This document shows positions 43,804 to 44,136 of a stretch of 44,136 nucleotides of DNA, piece after piece. The stretch lies in contig JAADIU010000187.1 in the NCBI GenBank assembly GCA_013151185.1, positions 2,535 to 46,670 of the forward strand. Reading direction: 5' to 3'. Source of the DNA: Planctomycetota bacterium. Lineage in GTDB: Bacteria > Planctomycetota > Phycisphaerae > UBA1845. Position numbers and translations under genes: made by a program. Under the pieces are notes generated by a model. It saw nothing but the letters and a program-made list of their open reading frames with translations, had not been told where the DNA came from and ran no database searches. Positions within the stretch are counted from its first letter, which is position 1. Every line of letters starts with the position of its first letter.

Positions 43804-44136
43804 ATGGAGATGGTGCGCGTCAAAATCTGCGGAATCACAAACGCCAATGATGCCCGGTCCGCAGCACATGCCGGCGCAGACGCGGTTGGGCTGAATTTCG
43901 TCGCCGGACCGAGAAGAATCACGCCCGAGCAAGCAACGCCAATCCTCGATGCCCTTCCCCCGTTCTGCGAACCTGTGGCGTTGATCAATCTGGATACGAA
44001 TCCCCTCGGCGACGCACTCTGGACATCGATCCTGCAAATGCCGATCCGGACTGTGCAGTTGTATGGTTCAGCCACAGGTACGTCCCTCGCGTCGTTCCCA
44101 CATGGCAGACTGAATCCGATAATCGTGCATACGGTA
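43804..44136 (+). CDS. trpF: Phosphoribosylanthranilate isomerase, 5' part (runs off the window)
   Basis: Open frame from ATG 43804 to the window end (111 codons, no stop). It encodes MEMVRVKICGITNANDARSAAHAGADAVGLNFVAGPRRITPEQATPILDALPPF.., which is typical of a TrpF N-terminus. The ORF is absent from the supplied track because it has no stop codon. Confidence 0.85.
   Translation, partial: MEMVRVKICGITNANDARSAAHAGADAVGLNFVAGPRRITPEQATPILDALPPFCEPVALINLDTNPLGDALWTSILQMPIRTVQLYGSATGTSLASFPHGRLNPIIVHTV

Noticed and set aside
43470-44075. 201-aa minus-strand ORF
   Set aside because: It is antisense to the clear trpF reading frame and extends across the palindromic element. It is a shadow ORF in GC-rich DNA.

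Overview
This is a 44.1-kb chromosomal segment. Its gene content looks like Planctomycetota, Pirellulales-like; that is an inference from a giant secreted TPR protein, a Bat-like MoxR/DUF58/VWA cluster, DUF4139 paralogs and hairpin-pair palindromes. I saw no rRNA, CRISPR array, transposase or integrase.

Layout:
(i) 1-3.1 kb, plus strand: two tandem DUF4139-family paralogs, the first cut by the window edge and frame-disrupted, followed by a small putative lipoprotein.
(ii) 3.3-12.2 kb, minus strand: a three-gene operon encoding a 1126-aa orphan, a 163-aa orphan and a 1638-aa HEAT-like protein ending in a DUF4132 (MolR/YehI-type) module.
(iii) 12.5-17.5 kb, plus strand, divergent from (ii): a tightly packed six-gene ADP-ribose operon. 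The order is NrtR regulator, ARH-type ADP-ribosylglycohydrolase, bacterial-type PARG, a soluble major-vault-protein (MVP)-like protein, Nudix ADP-ribose pyrophosphatase, and RNA 2'-phosphotransferase KptA/Tpt1.
(iv) 17.5-18.8 kb: a gene-poor stretch with a split TPR-like ORF and short repeats.
(v) 18.8-38.0 kb, plus strand: a 19-kb co-directional cluster. It encodes a 3651-aa secreted TPR protein, a membrane/coiled-coil/Cys-Lys-rich protein, a MoxR AAA+ ATPase, a DUF58 protein, a BatA-N/VWA protein and a double-VWA membrane protein.
(vi) 38.4-44.1 kb: tRNA-Ser(CGA), a small hypothetical, an RhlE-like DEAD-box helicase, PepD dipeptidase and a lipoprotein with an alpha/beta-hydrolase-like motif (all minus strand), then a hairpin-pair palindromic element and the 5' part of trpF (plus strand).

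The best candidate for an undescribed system is the NrtR-headed ADP-ribose operon. It combines one writer (KptA), two erasers, a sensor and a scavenger with a vault-like shell protein. It sits back to back with the giant-orphan/DUF4132 operon. Its control region shares sequence motifs with the region upstream of the giant TPR/MoxR cluster. All family assignments come from reading motifs by eye; no database search was run.
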